Shown here piece by piece: positions 57,257 through 59,425 of a DNA stretch of 59,425 nucleotides (position 1 is its first letter; every line of letters begins with the position of its first letter). The DNA is from Toensbergia leucococca (lineage: Eukaryota): NCBI GenBank assembly GCA_022813965.1, contig JALDZS010000025.1:124001-183425 (forward strand), in the 5' to 3' direction. A program made the translations under genes and the position numbers. The notes under the pieces were generated by a model, which was not told where the DNA came from, searched no databases, and saw only the letters and a list, made by a program, of their open reading frames with translations.

Positions 57257-58080
57257 GCAGGCAAGCCGCTGAAGGCTCAGAAGGGATTGACCTGCGTATA
57301 TGAGAGTAGATGTGGTCTGATTGTGAGGAAGACAATGCGCATAATATGCCAATTTGGTGACAGAGTCATCGGTGTTGTATATTAATTTCATAGGCATAGG
57401 CGAAATTGTTATGTTTACGATTAAGGGGCGGAAAGCCTGAAGTATCAATTCTCCCACTCGATGGCCGTTGATAAATGTTTTACTATAGGAGTGCTTGAAC
57501 ACCTTGGTAGTGACGTCTTAGGGCCGCTGGTCAACCCTTTTCACCAGATCAACTGATTTGTGAGCTCTCAACACGCTTATTCTGTAGATTGTTGCCGGTG
57601 ATGAGGTAGACTGAGTGATACACTCAACACTGTCATACTATCAGAGCATCATTCGCAAAATATGTACGAATAATGCTGTGTCATGCATGATGAAAATGAC
57701 TTATGCCTTGCATAATTGTGGGTATTGCATAATTATGCACAGTCCTTTCTCTCATTGGCCGTATTCAAATGCTTTGAACGGCACTTCGTTCTGCGAAATG
57801 GCGCTAGTACGTCGATGTCGCTGAATAGAAAGAGAATTCCAAAGATTTTGTGTGTGTGAGCTAAATTTCAGCTATGTCCGGTTTTCACTTGTCACCGCAG
57901 ATCTTCTTGGCAGTCTAACCGGATCAGGATCCACTCATCAAGTCGCTGGTGTCGCTGACACTGCAGGATAGGAAGCGGTGTGATTAGTGGTCCCCGATCG
58001 GGTTAGACTGCCAAGAAGATAGACTTTCCGGCCGCACGAGTAGGTAGTAGGTAGGTAAGGTGGTAAGGTAGGTAGGTAGG

Positions 58081-59425
58081 CACGCGGTTGAAAAAAAAAG
58101 CCGGATTAGCGAATTTTAGCCCCCACCAAAAACCATTTGAATAGAACCTCAAAATTCAACCATCCTTATTCAACCATCCTTATTCTATTCAATCATCCAT
58201 CATGAGACGAGTCAGAAAACCGCCCAGAACTCCCAAAAAGAGGAAAGCCACAGGGTATCATCATTATGATACTCCTACTAAATCTAGAGTCAAAGGAGCT
58301 GCTGAATTCATGGACGCCATGAGTTATGAATATAACAAACAGCAGATTTTTGATGTCTTTAAAGTCAAGCGCTCTCAGGGCTATGATATTCTATCATCTT
58401 CTGATAGACATCACCCTGATTTTGAGACTAGAGGAAGAAAACCTAAGGTTACATCTGAACAGGTAGAGAAGACCCTTGATTTTCTATAGAATAAAATTAA
58501 CATTCTCTAGGTACGGGACGTTGATCAACTTGTTGAAGGGGAAGAAGAAGCAAAGCATTATGAATGAGAAATGATTGCTGAGGAAGTGAACGCTGATGTG
58601 ACCGAGCGTACCATGCATGACACAGTTCATGAAGCACTGAATACCAACAAGCGTGTGACCAATTGTAAGGAAGAATTAGATGAGAAGTTAAAAGAACGTC
58701 GCGTGAAATGATCTACTGTCATGAAAGATCACTATTCAGAAAGAGATCAATGAAAGCATGTACGATTTAGTGATGAGATACATTGTGGCTACAGATCACA
58801 GGGAAAAGATCTTATTCTACGCAAGTCAGGGACCCGGTATTACTATCTTTTTCTCTATATTACTCTCTCTTTTACTAACAAATGATCTAGTAATCACTGA
58901 GATAATATACAACATCGCAAAATGACTGCAGATAAAGATCAGAAAAAGGTTCACACCTGAGTCACTGTTGAATGAAATCATAAATCCCCTCTTATCTTTT
59001 ATGAGGTCCCCTCCAATATCAACGGAAAGATGTCACAAAGGGTTTACATTGATTCAATTCTTGAACCTGTTGTAAAGCCCTGGCTAGAGAATGAACAGGA
59101 ATTTGTATTAGAAGAAGATGATGACTCCGGGCATGGAACGGGCAAGAAAAAAAACATTGCACGCACATGAAAGGAAGATCATGGACTGAAGACCTATTTT
59201 AATTGTGCACAAAGTCCTGATCTATCAGTCATAGAGAATTGCTGAATGCTGATGAAACAGCACGTACGCAAATTTCCTCACTGAAATAAACAGACCTTGA
59301 TGGATCTAATGGTGGAGGGCTGGTCTCATGTGTCACAGGATTTTATCAATGAACAGGTCCTCTCAATGCCTACTAGATTACAACATGTAATTAATGCTGG
59401 TGGAGCGAAGACAGGGTATTAGAAT
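58081..59425 (+). mobile_element. Tc1/mariner-superfamily DNA transposon, mutated, right end beyond window
   Basis: Begins after a (TAGG)n tract with a probable TIR CACGCGGTTGAAAAA... and carries a transposase at 58202-59422. Confidence 0.88.
58202..59422 (+). pseudogene. Tc1-like DDE transposase pseudogene (two introns, nine in-frame TGA stops)
   Basis: [69 protein letters not shown]. Introns at about 58463-58510 and 58836-58890. Confidence 0.9.

Noticed and set aside
58202..59422. Mitochondrial-code (UGA=Trp) gene or NUMT
   Set aside because: It has spliceosomal introns and nuclear Tc1 motifs, and parallel GG>GA missense changes point to mutation rather than a different code.

Overview
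This is a eukaryotic, intron-containing window from a filamentous ascomycete (Pezizomycotina; a lichen-forming Lecanoromycete is possible but not provable here). It holds about 20 protein genes. A compact conserved core (Sts1/Cut8, KH-domain protein, MTR4, RecQ, PPR, RSM25, plus SOG2, a TCP11-IQ protein, an FMN hydroxy-acid oxidase, DUF427 and a Zn2Cys6 transcription factor) is interspersed with accessory segments. The most striking feature is a ~1519-aa NACHT (NLR-like) gene at 45355-50019. Its C-terminus has no WD40, ANK or TPR repeats and is instead a string of degenerate chromatin/transcription modules (C2H2, bromodomain-like, SANT, a second zinc finger, and a Taf12-N-terminus-like segment). 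It sits head-to-head with a SNF2 (Rad5/16-like) ATPase across a degenerate inverted-repeat element, which makes it a candidate fungal 'integrated-decoy' NLR pair. Other notable items are a kinase/gp1-like/aspartyl-protease mosaic ORF, a two-intron Tc1/mariner transposase whose 9 premature stops are all TGA, a RecQ intron that appears to end in AT, an arrestin pseudogene, and two Cys-rich secreted proteins. Gene models were spliced by eye, and domain calls come from motif recognition and recollection rather than database searches. I found no tRNA, rRNA or CRISPR.
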